From positions 437,968,001-438,032,000 of the forward strand of contig OZ024740.1 in NCBI GenBank assembly GCA_964016885.1: DNA of 64,000 nt, given 5' to 3'. The stretch comes from Eledone cirrhosa. Lineage: Eukaryota. Shown one piece after another: positions 23,452-36,360 of the stretch. A model generated the notes under the pieces. The model did no database searches, had not been told where the DNA came from, and worked only from the letters and a program-made list of their open reading frames with translations. Each line of letters opens with the position of its first letter. The stretch's first letter is position 1. Position numbers and translations under genes: made by a program.

Positions 23452-24990
23452 GTAGTGGAACTACGTCGCACCTCGCAATACCAACATTTGCATACGCAAT
23501 AATGTCAAACTGACCAATTGGAGGTTGCGTATGAATACATGGGCAATCTCACTCTCTTGTTAAAAACCCGAGACAGTCGTCGCGTACCAGACAGATCGAC
23601 ACAGTTAACGCGTGAAGACGTATCTATAAAAATGGTGACCTGGCTGTAAAGAATACATCCTTCACACACATTAAAAAAATGTCGAGTTTACAATAACACA
23701 ATATTTTGTTTGCACATGGCATTTTTGTCCAATGTGGCGACTCGCCTCCTATTTCTTCATCACTTATTCTCGCGCTTTTACTTTGGCCAACATAAGCGCA
23801 CTCTTTACTGTTTCAAGGATACTACGGACTTAAAAAAATTATTTTTACATGTTTTGTTCGCAACTATTTTGTTAAAGTTTACGAACGTATTTGATGTACA
23901 CCTTGGCGACTATACACCTACACAGCTCTTACGCTGATAACATTTTGGAGTACTCCGGCAATTCGACCACTACTACGCCTTCACGACTTGCAACAAATGC
24001 TTCACCTTTTCCTGTCGCATCAGTTTCGGCCAGCGCCACTTCGACAAACGAAGCAACACTAAAGGCCATCCTTGACCTTACGAAGGAGGTACAACTTCTT
24101 CGTTTATCCAGATCGAGATCTCCCCGACAACGGTCGCGTAATCGTTCGAATTATTCACGTCGTCGTTTCTAACCTTCACCATCCGGAGCATGCTTTTACC
24201 ATAACCGTTTCGGAGCCTCTGCTCATAAATGCATCTCCAACGAAGTAACGGAGAATTAAGCACGACGTCTTCTCCGCAATTCAGTACTGAAAGTCGTGGA
24301 TTTTTCATTACGGATTCCTTCTCGCACGCACGCTGCCTCATCGACACGGGTGCGTATTGCAGCATTTGGCCGTTAACACTCTTGAAAGAAAAACCTCCTC
24401 TCTCACACATATCACTACAAGCTATAAATCATTCAGCTATCCCTACGTATGGACAAATCTCTCGCTCTTTGGACCTGGATTTACGTAGAGATTTCTCATG
24501 GATTTTGACCAGAGCTAATTAGGACTACCAGTTACCACCCTGCATCTAATGCTACTCAACACTCTACACTATATGTGACCCGTTTGCGTGAGTATTTTCA
24601 AGTCCTGCCTCATATGAAAACTAGGCAACAAACCTTTAAATCTTCTGTTCCGAGGGACTTTCCTCGTGGACCCATGTTTTTGTCAGAAATGACGGTGAGA
24701 AAACCTCTCACTCCACCTTATTCTGGACCCTATCGTGTACTTGCACGTAGAGATAAACATTTCACCTTTGACTTTAATGGACATAAAGACACACTCTATT
24801 GACAGACAAAAGCGGGCCTACACAGATGCTCTCACACCAGAGCCTCATACTCCCCTCTTCTACAATGTGTCAATACAAGCACCACCGCAAACACCACAAT
24901 CACATTCAAACACTCCTTTACTTTCAACATACATCAAACTGACCAATGGGAAGTTGCGTATGACAGACCGAACTGACTTGGAGATGATAC
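23452..24990 (+). mobile_element. Internally deleted Ty3/Gypsy LTR retrotransposon
   Basis: PBS-like tggtgacc at 23633; Gag tail RSRSPRQRSR..CFYHNRFG; protease LIDTGAYCSIWP; integrase C-terminus RKPLTPPYSGPYRVL..DKHF. LTR remnant tcaaactgaccaat.gga.gttgcgtatga at ~23504 and ~24934. RT and RNase H are absent. Confidence 0.85.
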
Positions 24991-25771
24991 AAACGCGCGA
25001 AAATTTATTGTAAAATGACTCCTACAATCCTTTTCGACAAATAAAATTATATTTATAGAGGAGTGAGCATTGAAGAGCTATTTATTTATATCCTGGAAGT
25101 CAGAAGCATTTACTACCGATAAGAAGCTACCAACTCTTCGATTAAGGTATTTCAATTATATCACTTATAACTAATATCCTTCGAAGACCTATAACAACAA
25201 TGTAAAATCATATAGATAATATTTAGCCCCTTATCCTTATCTATAAATGTATCATTTATCACATAAGACAATGTAACACAGTCTTCGTTCAACTAATGTG
25301 TATATTGTCAATTGCGATTTTATTTGACGTATCATATCTACATGTATATATACTTGCGTATAATATCAATATACACACTACACATGCTAGCAGAAAACCA
25401 CCCGTAGTATATATATATATAGCGTAGAGTGGAATAGGCTACTTGAAATTTTCGAAAAATCGATAATTGGGCCCTATGACAATGTTTTTCGATTCCAATG
25501 AAATTTTATGTGAATTCGAACACAAGAACTCTTAGTTGATTCTTACCTTTCAGCTATGAATTGGGCAGTGCCTTAAAATCCCGTTTTATTTGCGTGCAAT
25601 TATTTTGTATCTTATGTATGGAGAATCGAAAACCATTTTTCTCATAACCTGATACATGCGTTACACATGCTCCATGGATGTTTGTGGACTATTTTTTCAA
25701 AATACCAATATCAAAGATTGGAGCACAAAAGGAAACGTTTGTTCTTCATTTATTTAAATCCAGCGTCTTAT

Positions 25772-25802
25772 AAACCCGTGTGTATCCGGGTACACTAGCT
25801 AG
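25772..25802 (+). mobile_element. Helitron 3' terminus
   Basis: acccgtgtgtatccgggt hairpin followed by ctagctag. Confidence 0.6.
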
Positions 25803-26459
25803 AAAGAGAAATGGAAACATTGATTCCTCGGTCCGATTTGACGAAAGTAGATTTAGTTCCACAGCAAATTAACAAACCATACTTGAAGACACGTTGAGGC
25901 TGTTGCAAAGGGCAATAACCCTAGATACAATTTTGATCAACTTTTTTTCACCTATAGCAAATTTACCGTGACAGGTTTTTAGCTACTCAAATCTACTTAA
26001 GACATCACGCATTGATGTAAAAAATCAATAAAACTGAAGCGGGGCTCGACTTTGCGCAAAAAAACAAGGCAAAGTTACACATGGAAAAACTTTTTACAGG
26101 AACGTCCGATATTCTTTAAAACTGTCACAAGAGACTCGCCATTGTGCCGCGGTTAAGATAAAGGCCCTTTTAATTCTTCTTCTGCACATGTGAGCGCAAA
26201 AATTTAAAAAAAAAAAAAAAACCTGTAAAAAATCGACATTTTCACCCTGCTTTAAATTAACTGAACATTCAATATCAAGCGATTTTGACTTCCGTCAGTC
26301 GTGCAGAGAACAATTTCAACGATACACTGTGTAACTACAATTAATAAATTACACACCTGCGTCTACTAACCTATTTTTTTTTCATTGAAGTTCGAAGTTT
26401 TGAACCTGTGATGCGAGGGAAGTTACTTTCACACATTCTAACAGACCAAAGGTCGACTT

Positions 26460-26490
26460 ACACCCGGGCAACGCTGGGTACTTCTGCTAG
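26460..26490 (+). mobile_element. Helitron 3' terminus, probably ending a non-autonomous element from ~25.8 kb
   Basis: acccgggcaacgctgggt hairpin, then acttctgCTAG|T. Confidence 0.75.
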
Positions 26491-26711
26491 TGTATGTATG
26501 TATATATAAGTATATATGTATGTATATATAAGTATGTATGTATATATATAAGTGTGTGTGTGTGTAAAAATGTCAATAATGACCTTTTTTTTTTGACAAA
26601 AAACTTGAATTTAAGTTGTCATGTTTACCTTAATTAACATTTTAAAAGAAAAGTTGGTTATTTTGACATCCCCCCCCCCCCAAACTAAAAACAAGACATA
26701 AAAATTTAAAT

Positions 26712-27480
26712 TTAAGTTTTAATTGTAAAAGTAACATTATCATATTTTAGCTCCTTGAGTTCCTTAAGTGCGTATTTCAGCTCGTATTCCCCATTTTCTA
26801 AACACCATGCTTTTGCAAGCGAATCTTCACTCATTGAATTCTGTATTCGTAGACCTGACTTTTCCCAGCAATTTACAATTGTCTCTTTTACAACCGAATC
26901 CCATGCCTGGACTGACCAAAAATACCATGCAATAACTGTTTTTACTTTTGCCAGCAATTATTCCAGTGCATCACTGGTACTTTATTTATCGACCCTATAA
27001 GGATGAAAGGCCAAGTTGAACTCGGAAAATAAAGGGGCGTAACTCATGACGTTCCTTTTAAATTGACACTTTCACATCTTTATTAACCAACTTTATTAAT
27101 AAAAATCGTATTGTAGTTGCATTTGAATGACCAAATTATTCCTTGGTCTAAAGGTTGTAATTTTGTAGTTGTGTTCGAGGGTAGAAAAAAAAGTTTTATA
27201 TTTTAAAAGCTTTGTTTGTGGCATGCTGCATTATCAAGGAGCAATAATACTTTTCTCTATTGTTTAAAAAATTCGTAATTGATTTCTTTTAGGTAAAATG
27301 AAAATATATTGTCTGTCATCCATCCGTAATGTTCTTTTTATAATAAAATTCCTGTTTAGAAATGTCAATATTCTTGAAACAACGAGGTTTAAGGCTTTTT
27401 TCAGTAAAAAGGGGTTTAAACTTTTCACCAGTTGCACTACATGTGAATAGTACTGTAATTCTCTTTTGATTCCTCTAATT
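26712..27480 (-). mobile_element. Tigger/pogo (DDE_1) transposase pseudogene with a SINE fragment inserted at ~26945-27027
   Basis: Manual translation: WMTDNIF, KVLLLLDNAACH, FFLPSNTTTKLQPLDQGII.SFK; ORF 26712..26957 AWDSVVKETIVNCWEKSG. Confidence 0.88.
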
Positions 27481-28184
27481 TTGTATTATCATCGTTAAGA
27501 AAAACATAACTTTTAGTCCCTCTCCTTATTCCTACCCTTTATGCCTCATCCTCGAATCCATATTCTCAGTCCCTGTCTCCTATTCCTTATCTCTCTATCT
27601 CTTACTTTTTATTATTTATTTAATCCTTTGATATTTTATTATACAACTTGCCTTTTTATTTTGCTGAAACATATATCGTATTCCTTTTGATGTTATTGTT
27701 ATCATTACTGTCATCACTATTTTACACATCCACTTACTCACCACTATAACTTCTACTACTACTATTATCAGAAACCGTATTTTGTACTTATTTTTTACAT
27801 CGTCATTCTTTCTTCTTTATACTTTTATTATTGTTTATCTTTTATTATTGATGTTTTCGTTTTCATTCACTCGATTCTCTGATGTATCTATAAATGCTAA
27901 TGCCATGTGTTACACCCTCCAGTATTCCGGTGATTTTATCGGAGCCACACACTGTATTTAAGGTCGAGTGATTAGCGACTTTTAGACTCACCTGTTCAAT
28001 GAAACAATTGTTAGTACTGTAAATAAAACCCTTTTTATACAGCCGACCATCTTACTCTTCATTCTTTCACTACTATTACTCCAAGATCGACCTGCATGGG
28101 AATTATTGCAAACTCGCTACCTAAGTAAGGAAACCTCTCACTGGATTACCTAAAACGATAACTTGTTATCCCATGTGTATATAT

Positions 28185-28712
28185 CATCATCATCATCATC
28201 GTTTAAAGTCTATCTTCCACGCTAGCATGGGTTTAGACGGGAGATGTCGCACTTAAGGCAAGATTGGTTTTTCTCGCTCGTATAGGACTGTCTGGCAGGT
28301 TTTCTACGGTTGGGTGCCCTTCCTAACACCAACCACGTTTAGTGTGGACTGGGAGGTTTTTACCGTGTTACCTACACGGGCACATTACAGCGTGGAGATT
28401 TTTTTTTTTTTTTTTTTTCGTGACAACTACACGACCTCATTTATTTAGGGCTGGATGTTGTGGTACCAACATAACTTTACAGAGAAAGAGGTTGGAGGAG
28501 AGGGTAGTGGGATGCGGGTGTATTTTGGGTTAAGAGGTGCCTACTGACGAGGTTTCGCGTTGTACATAGACAAATCAGGTCTTCTGTATTACTGCGTAGT
28601 GCCAAAGATCTCTGTCCAGTGACATTGTCTTGGAGAGATGTATGTAAGGTCGGAATTTATCAGATCGTCCCAGGTTTTTCTGGGTCTGCCTACTCCGTAA
28701 CTTCCATCAATT
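28185..28712 (-). mobile_element. RTE LINE 3' end, same family as 16765-20182
   Basis: Reverse complement collinear with 19645-20182; (cat)n tail. Confidence 0.9.
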
Positions 28713-28743
28713 TTGATATATATATATATGTGTGTGTATATAT

Positions 28744-28905
28744 TTGTCCTGGGTATGACATTAAACTACATCCAGTGGCAAGGCTCAAGTTCAGGAGGAA
28801 CTGTGGGGAACGTGGAGTTACCCCCTTAGTTGTCATAACTCCCAGGTCTGCTCTGGCCTGGTGTAGTAGTACCTGTTAGGGCCCCATTTATAGGTTAAAT
28901 AATAA
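28744..28905 (+). repeat. Dispersed repeat, probably a LINE 5' UTR or SINE body (second copy 37339-37505)
   Basis: ttgtcctgggtatgacattaaactacatccagtg...ttagggccccatttat occurs twice. Confidence 0.85.
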
Positions 28906-29410
28906 GATGACAGATCGGGGTACCCTATCAAAGGCCTTCTCTAGGTCAACAAAGGCTAAGTATAGTGGCTTATTTTTCTCTAAGAACCTCTCTTGTAATT
29001 GTCTCATCAAGAAGAGGGCATCTGTTGTACTATTCCCAGGCACAAAACCAAACTGCATCTCATCTAGTTTGACCCTTTCTCTAATTAGTTGTGCTAATAT
29101 CCTTTCTGCCACTTTCATAACCTGATCCATCAGTTTTATATCCTTATAATTTCTCCTCTCAAGAGCATCCCCTTTACTTTTGCACTAGTCTTTGGGTATG
29201 ACACTGTCATATATAGCCTGATTGATGATGTGTGCAACCAGTTTAGTGCCTACGTCCCCTGGGGCCTTCAGCATCTCAGCAACTATCTCCGATGGTCCAG
29301 CAGCCTCACCATTTTTCATTTCCTTAATCGCCTCTTGGACCCTATATTCGTCAATCTCAATAGCTGGTTCCTCTGTCTGATCTACTGAGGGTAATTTCTC
29401 TCTCTCCCAT
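28905..29410 (-). mobile_element. RTE LINE RT fragment
   Basis: EMKNGEAAGPSEIVAEMLKA; QFGFVPGNSTTDALF..AFVDLEKAFDRVPR. Confidence 0.9.
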
Positions 29411-29435
29411 ATATATATATATATATATATAATAT

Positions 29436-29472
<37 letters not shown>

Positions 29473-29615
29473 CTTGAAATATTTGTAAATGTCTGAGAGA
29501 TTGGCTAAATGTTTTACAGTGTACTGTGCCACTAAACTGCACCATACTAAATCACACTACACTGCACTACACTACACTGCACTGCACTGCACTGCACTGC
29601 ACTGTACTGTTCACT
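29410..29615. repeat. (TA)n run and (CTGCA/CTACA)n pentamer repeat
   Basis: Read directly from sequence. Confidence 0.9.
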
Positions 29616-29677
29616 CTAACGCTAACGCTACTGTTTTCTATTTTGCAGTTATGATCAGTAAGAGAAAAGAAGTTATT

Positions 29678-31055
29678 TCAACAAAAGCTAAGTATAGTGG
29701 CTTCTAAGAACCTCTCTTGTAGTTGTCTCGCTAAGAGGGTATCTGTTGCACTTTTCCCAGGCACATAACTAAACTGCATCGCATCTAGTTGGACCCTTTC
29801 TATAATTAGTTGCGCTAATATCCTTTCTGCCACTTTCACAACCTGATCCATCAGCTTTATTCCTCTATAATTGCTCATGTCCAGAGCATCCCCTTTACCT
29901 TTGTAGCAATTTACGAGAATATTGCTGCAGCAGTCTTTGAGTACAACACCGACATATATAGCCTGATTTGATGAAGCGTGCAACCAGTTTAGTGCCTATG
30001 TCCCCTGATGCCTGCAGCATCTCAGCAACTATTCCTGACGGTCCAGCGGCCTTACCATTATTCATTTCCTTAATCGCCTCTTAGACCATATATTCGTCAA
30101 TCTGAATAGCTGATCCCTCTGTCGGATGTACTGGGGGTAATTTCTCTCTTTCTCACATTGGGTCTCCACATTCATCAGTCTCTCTTAATGACATTTCCAG
30201 GCCTTTTTTTTTCTGACCATCCGTGAATCTAAGTACGCCGGCATCATTAAGCAGACAAACTTAATCTCGATTTGCACTGACACACAGCCTCGCAATACGG
30301 AACACGGCGCGTCTTTGATCTTCTTGTCGAGCAGCCTCCTTGCGTGCTAAGTACACCTGACGTCTAGCTTCTCTCTTAGCGGCTGTATATTCTTCTCTAC
30401 TCGCACTAATTTTGCAAGCATTCCATGCTAGTCTTTAGTCTCCAATGGCCCGATCTACCGTGCTGTCCCACCACCATGTCACTCTCTGTCTGGTTGGAAC
30501 TCTGATCCAGCCACAAGTTTCATCAGTAACCTGCAGTAAGGTATCGCATAAGAAATTCCAGTTATCATCTATGTTGTACGACTCTAAATCGTCTTCTTTT
30601 TCATCATACACATATTGAAGGGCTTTCCTAAATTTGTATTTTAGTGAAAGCTCTTTTAGCTTCCAGACCTTTCTTTTTTCCACACCTTCCTGTATGTCTC
30701 ATTCAGTCTCTTGCTTAATGAGATATCACTAACGACTAACCTATGCTGTGGGGTACATTCTTCCCCGGGGTATGCCTTTGTATTTGCCACCATCTGCCTG
30801 TCCCGCTGCCTAACTAGCAAGAAGTCAATCTGGCTTATGTGCTTGCCTGATTTGTAGGTTATTAGGTGGTTGGCAGATTTGTGTAAGTTAGTGTTGTAGA
30901 TGGTTAGTGCAATTGCATCGCAAAATTCAAGAAGTTTCACTGCTTCATTTCTTAAGCCGTAAGTGTGCCCAACATGTACCTCAGTGTAACCATCCTAGAG
31001 CTGTCCAACATGACCATTGAAATCCCCTGCTAGCATAACGATGTCTCCGTCCTGT
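29678..31055 (-). mobile_element. RTE LINE fragment, APE to RT
   Basis: AGDFNGHVG, LLEFCDA, SQIDFLLVR, PGEECTPQHRLVV, TWWWD, NYRGIKL. Confidence 0.9.
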
Positions 31056-31199
31056 CATTGTGGCTGTTTGTAAAAATTGCTTGTAAATGCAGTATTTCTT
31101 TTCTTTACCTAGCAGCAGTTTCTTGCCCTCAATTAACCCTAAAACTATCCGTAAAGCTAACCGTAACACTAACCGTAACACTAACTTATGCAGGCCTAG

Positions 31200-31475
31200 G
31201 TAAAGATGAGAAAGATAAAACAAGGAGTGATGCTATTTGAATTTTGTGATGCAAGTGTTTTAACCATTTGCAAAACCAACTTCCGCAAACCTGCCAACTG
31301 CCTAATAACCTACAAATTAGGCAAGCACAGAAGCCGGATTTCTCGGTAGTTAGGCAGCGAGACAGACAGATGGTGTGAAGTACCAGGGTGTGCCCCGGGG
31401 AGGACTGTTTCCCACAGCGTGGGTTGGTTGTTGGTGATGTCTCGGTGATCCTGAGACAGAGTGAGAAGTGCAGGA
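31200..31475 (+). mobile_element. Diverged RTE APE fragment, inverted relative to 30700-30940
   Basis: gaattttgtgatgc, ccggatttctcggtagttaggcagcgagacagacagatggtg, ccccggggagga..cccacagc. Confidence 0.7.
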
Positions 31476-31554
31476 GGGTGTTTATAGGTAAATAGATAGA
31501 CTGATGCACAGATATCTGGATAGATTGATAGAGAGATAGATATATAGAGAGCAT

Positions 31555-31995
31555 CATTATCATCGTCTGTTCATCATTTTACGTCCGCTTTTCCCTGCTT
31601 GAAAGGGTGGGACAGGTCCTCTTGAGCAAAGCATCTCTTCACTTGTCACGGTCCTTCGTCATCTCCTTGGTGAGTTTCAGCGATCTGAAGTCAGCTCTCA
31701 CCACCTCCACCCATGTTTTTCGTGGTCTTCCTCTACTGCGTCTCCCTTCTTTACCCAGCGCTCAACCTCCATGCGCCTCACATGTCCATACCATCTCAGT
31801 CTTCTCTCCTGCACACCACAACTTATCCCTCTTAAACAGAGTTTCTCTCTCAACTCGTCTATGCTTGGTCGTTCCTGCACATTGACATTGCACATCCAAC
31901 GGAGCAGGCTTGCTTCCTTTCTCTCCAGCCATCGCATATCCTCTGCAGTTGCTGTCCATGTCTCACTACCATGCAGCATCGCGCATCTCACTTGT
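31555..31995 (-). mobile_element. RTE LINE 3' fragment
   Basis: VRCAMLHGSETW...RRLRWYGHVRRM; tail matches 12985-13038. Confidence 0.9.
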
Positions 31996-32039
31996 GTGTG
32001 TGTGTGTATATATATATATATGTACATACATATATATTA

Positions 32040-32645
32040 TGTCAGGTCACCAGTTGGTGCTACTGGTAACATGTATCCCAGTACAACCTGTCTCCTGGTC
32101 GGGTCGTTGGCGACTAAACTGGCAACCCCACCAAGGTTTCTTGGTGAGGAGGGTGACTTTGGACATCCTGCAGGACTAAAAACAAAACCTGTCAAAGGGC
32201 AAAGGAGCTCTTAAGAGTCAATGGCCATCCAAAATCACCGGGAGAGATGACCCCTTAGCCTGTGTCAAGGCATAATTCTAGGAGAAGGAAAACTCTGATA
32301 TAACACCTGCAACCCTGATGGTATCCAATGATGTTGACTTGTTTTTCTTTTTGGTAAATATCATCTTGGTTAAGAGAGTGGGACTGGCTTTGTGCAGTGC
32401 CTTTGCTCACTATAAAAGCTTCACAGCACAGGCATTGCTTTATATCTGGAGATCTCTCTGCACTTGTCGTCACATGGTACCATTGGCCCAGCACTGTCAA
32501 TAATTGTCACAAGTGTAGTGTTTGTACCAGAGTTTTCAAGTCACTGGCTGGACTAAAACGTCACACTCGTTCAGCCCATCGGTAGGGGTTCTCCTACATG
32601 GATATAAAGTAGGGGCCGTACTCGAAAAAGAGTTGGCAACCACCA
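32040..32645 (+). mobile_element. Short non-autonomous RTE derivative: putative 5' UTR joined to C2H2 finger and 3' end
   Basis: 3' part encodes [23 protein letters not shown] and matches 20462-20590. The 5' part is GC-richer and contains ctaggagaaggaaaactctg, reminiscent of RTE 5' UTRs. Flanked by TA runs. Confidence 0.55.
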
Positions 32646-32711
32646 TATATATGTATATATGTATATATTTATATGTATGTATATATGTGTATATATGCAT
32701 ATATTTATATG

Positions 32712-32790
<79 letters not shown>

Positions 32791-32853
32791 TTCTGGCTTT
32801 CTCTTATTTTCACTCACTAATTTGCTAGCTCACTTCCTTCCTCGTCCGTAACT

Positions 32854-33672
32854 GTCTCTTCTCTTGCTCACACTTCTACAGTGAATGTGTCTTTTTTTCT
32901 TATCAAACCCGCCAGAACTTGTGTTCGAAATCAATTGTTCACTCGATTTTTTTTTTTCCTTTCTTTTTGTTGCTTCAGCCTTTGTGTCTGTTTATATTTT
33001 TCTCTCTCTCTCCCCTCTTTTTTATCCCAATAACTTATTTTAGTTATTGTTCGCCCTAGGTTGAGGCATCTTGTCTCTAACGCGAAGAAATGCCTATGAT
33101 TCCTAGCAGACAACTGACGATGGATATTGCCCTCTTTTGCCCGTAACTTTTATTTTGATTATATTTCAATGCAACCACACAGCTTGCCATTTTATTCACA
33201 TAGTTTTCATCTCAGTTGTGACCCATCTCTCTTCTATCCTCTTGTTGCTATGCTCTCTCTCCCCCTTCTCCCTCTTCTGCTAGTCACCTTCTCTCGGCTA
33301 ACCTGCCACTTCTAAAGCAGTCTCTTCTCTCACTCACACTGCTACAGTGAAGACATGTATTTTTTTTTCTCGTTAAACCCACCAGAACTTATGTTCAAAA
33401 TGAGTTGTTGACTTGATTTTTCCTCTTTTCGTTTCTTCACCCTTCATGTGTGTATCCATTTTTCTCTCTCCCCCTTTTTTTATTCCAATAACTTATTTTA
33501 GTTATTGTTCGCCCTAGGTTGAGGTATCTTGTCTCTAACGCGAAGAAATGCCTATGATTCCTAGCAGACAACTGACGATGGATATTGCCCTCTTTTGCCC
33601 ATAACTTTTCTTTTCATTATACTTAAATGCAACCACACAGCTCGCCATTTTATTCATAGTTTCCTTCTCCGC
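32854..33672 (+). repeat. Tandem duplication of ~350 bp (32854-33215 and 33320-33672)
   Basis: Near-identical core ccaataacttatttt..agttattgttcgccctaggttgagg...gccattttattca in both copies. Confidence 0.92.
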
Positions 33673-33674
33673 TG

Positions 33675-33942
33675 AGTTTTGTCCTCTTTTCTACTCATCA
33701 ACAATTTTGTCTTAGCTATGTTCACTGTCAGTCCTCTTAATTCCAACTCTGTTTTCATAGCCAGAATTTATTCTCAAGCTCTTCTACTGATTTTATCATC
33801 AGCATAGATCAGTTTCTGTAAACAGGATGTATTCCTACTTGTATCTGGAATTTGTCACTAAACTCCATTCCTACCCTCACTTTACTGACAGCACCTCTGT
33901 ACAAAGCTTGCAATGTCCTCACAAGCCATTCATCAACACCTA
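33675..33942 (-). mobile_element. Decayed RTE RT fragment
   Basis: Collinear with 10560-10910 (agccattc..acacct, ctcactttactgacag, tcagcatag). Confidence 0.75.
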
Positions 33943-34499
33943 CACCGAAAAACAACCCAAACCAAACCGTGTGTTCTGTTATTATTTAAAGCAATATTTA
34001 TAACAATATGACCCTCCCCTGTTATAACTGTATATATATATATATCGTCATACAAATATGTATCGCAGCATTATCAATAAAGGACTTTAGCATCTGAAAG
34101 TATTTCGCATTTTATCATTATATATATATGCACACATACACACACATACACCGAGAGAGACGACATATATTTATATATGCTAGCTGAAGAACTGCCCTTT
34201 GGGCGTTTTTCTGCTAGTATATATAGACATAAGTTTTTGTAGTGTCCCTTTTCTATCATTTAAAAAGAAACTGAAATGCATTTCAACTAAAAGAGTGATA
34301 GCTGTTTCACATGACTGTAGAATTTCTTTGTAGACACAGTTGCCAGCAAACAGACACCTTTCATTTAATATTTTTATATTTTCTTTTTTGTGATAATGCA
34401 ACATACGTGAGAATTGTGTTTGTAGATAAATGTCTGCCCTTGAAGGTTGTTTCAACTATTTGTGGTCTATCACCATGACGTAGAACTGGAAGAATTTGG

Positions 34500-36360
34500 T
34501 TTTAGTCACCAGATACCACTAAATGGCTTTTTGCAATCTCGAACATCTTTGAAGCTCCTGTCAGGCATTGAAAGATATTCTTATGTCCCATACCTCTCTC
34601 ATCAATGATTAACAGGTCAGCTTGCTGCATAAGTTTACCTGTGTCATCCCTCTTTGTGAAGAAGCAAGTTGATTCAGCAGTCATATTGAGAGGAATCGTG
34701 CACTTGGAATGAAGAGTTCTTCGTTTGTGAAGCAAAGTGGCTGCTATTCCAGATATGGCAGTGGCAAGTGCAATTATTTTTTACATTGGAGGTAATCCAT
34801 TAGAATGCTTATGACCTGTACCTGCACTTGCATTCAAGCAGAAAATTCTGCCCTCATTTTCATTTACAGAGGTAATTACTTTGTGAAAAAGAACCAGTTG
34901 CTGAGGATTCAATGTTGGCAGAAGTTGATTTATTTGTTTGCATGGACATGAATTGCTCATGACGTTCATGCATGATATCCTCTGCAAGACAATTCTTCTA
35001 TTTCTCCCAGAACTGCAGAGGGTCATTTGGCATGCAGTGCAATTAAATGGTGCAGAAGATCTGTGGCAGCTGAGGACCAACAGACTAAGTTAATCTTTAT
35101 ATGAAGTTTACCCAGCCTTGTGATGTATGATCATTCTGAGGTAATATAATTCAGATTGATGTCTTCTGAGAATGCGTCCAAGAGATTCACTCATAAATTG
35201 TTGATCACCATCCAGATGTCCCCTTTTTTTCTTTGCCATTTTTTGTTTGTCCAAGTGAAATATTTAGGAATATCAATATACAATATATCTTGTTCCAGCG
35301 GGTCTCTAATATTCAGTTGAAAATATTCCGTGAACTTAGTCATTGGCTGTCCCCTAGAAAGAACTTTCTTCCTGCCCTTGCTCAAACACGACCATTTGTT
35401 CCCCAGGTAAATGGCAAGGCAACTTTCCAGAATGCTTCACTGGCTGAGATGTACCATGCATTGATATAGGTCTCAATTTCATTTCGAGCATGGACACAAT
35501 TTCTTCGATCATCCTTAATAGTGAAAGTGATTTTGTCTGATCCTTTTGTGATGTACTTTAAGTAGTTAACAACCTTGACACTGTAGACAACCTCACAATT
35601 GACCATGCTGTCTACCCCTTCTTCTATACTTTGAAAAGGAACTTTTGGCAACAAATGCGGTTTGCCTTGGGATAACTGTTCGAGCATTGTTATTGTTGTC
35701 CTAGCCCTTCCTTTCATGAGCACATCATATTAACTTGTCCACATGGGCCATGAATGTTGCAAGATGGGGATGATCTTCTGTAGAATTGGAATCTCACAGT
35801 ACACTACCTGATCAATGTCATCAGCAGTTTTGTGCTTACTATCTTCAGCCATTATCTGCAGAATATGAGCATGAGTGGGGCCTCGTTTCTGCCACTCTAT
35901 TGTAGCAGAACGAGCAACAACTTTTCCTAGGACATTTTCTTTTTCAGTATGTCACCCATGAGGCTGTCATACTTGATGTTGAAGAATCTTGCACAAATAT
36001 CAGGACGGTCTCTAGGTTCTTGACTAGGGTGCAAATTATTTTTTATTTCATCCCAGTTAGAGTTAGTTGTTACCGTGATGAAATAAGACGACTTTACCAT
36101 GTCGAACCACAGTCATTGAATTCTGAAAGCACTCACTGTAGAAGCGATTGGGAACCATAGATTGAAGGTGGAAGAACAATTCTCCGGCCTTCATTTACTG
36201 AATCTCCCTCAGCATCATAGAAACCCTCATACTTTTCAGCTCACATCACGGTTCGATTGTTACGGCCATTTTGAGGTGACAACATTGTATTTTTCCCTGG
36301 GCATCTACAGCATATTGCTGCATCAGCCACCTGCTCTTCACGACAACATTAGTCACCTTG
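34500..36360 (-). mobile_element. Second Helitron, decayed Rep/helicase
   Basis: FITVTTNSNW..RDRPDICARFF, TIEWQKRGPTHAHIL, HGPCG, YLKYITKGSD, ISASEAFW, CLNASAGTG, ATAISGIAATLL, ADLLIIDE. Confidence 0.9.

Noticed and set aside
31134-31186. Telomere-like taaccc/ctaacc units (also ggttagggtt near 22470)
   Set aside because: Few and degenerate; typical TE-associated simple repeats rather than a telomeric array.
32505-32585. C2H2 zinc finger as a host ZNF gene
   Set aside because: Single finger directly followed by a stop and retroelement tail, repeated at 20462-20590; it belongs to an RTE 3' end.
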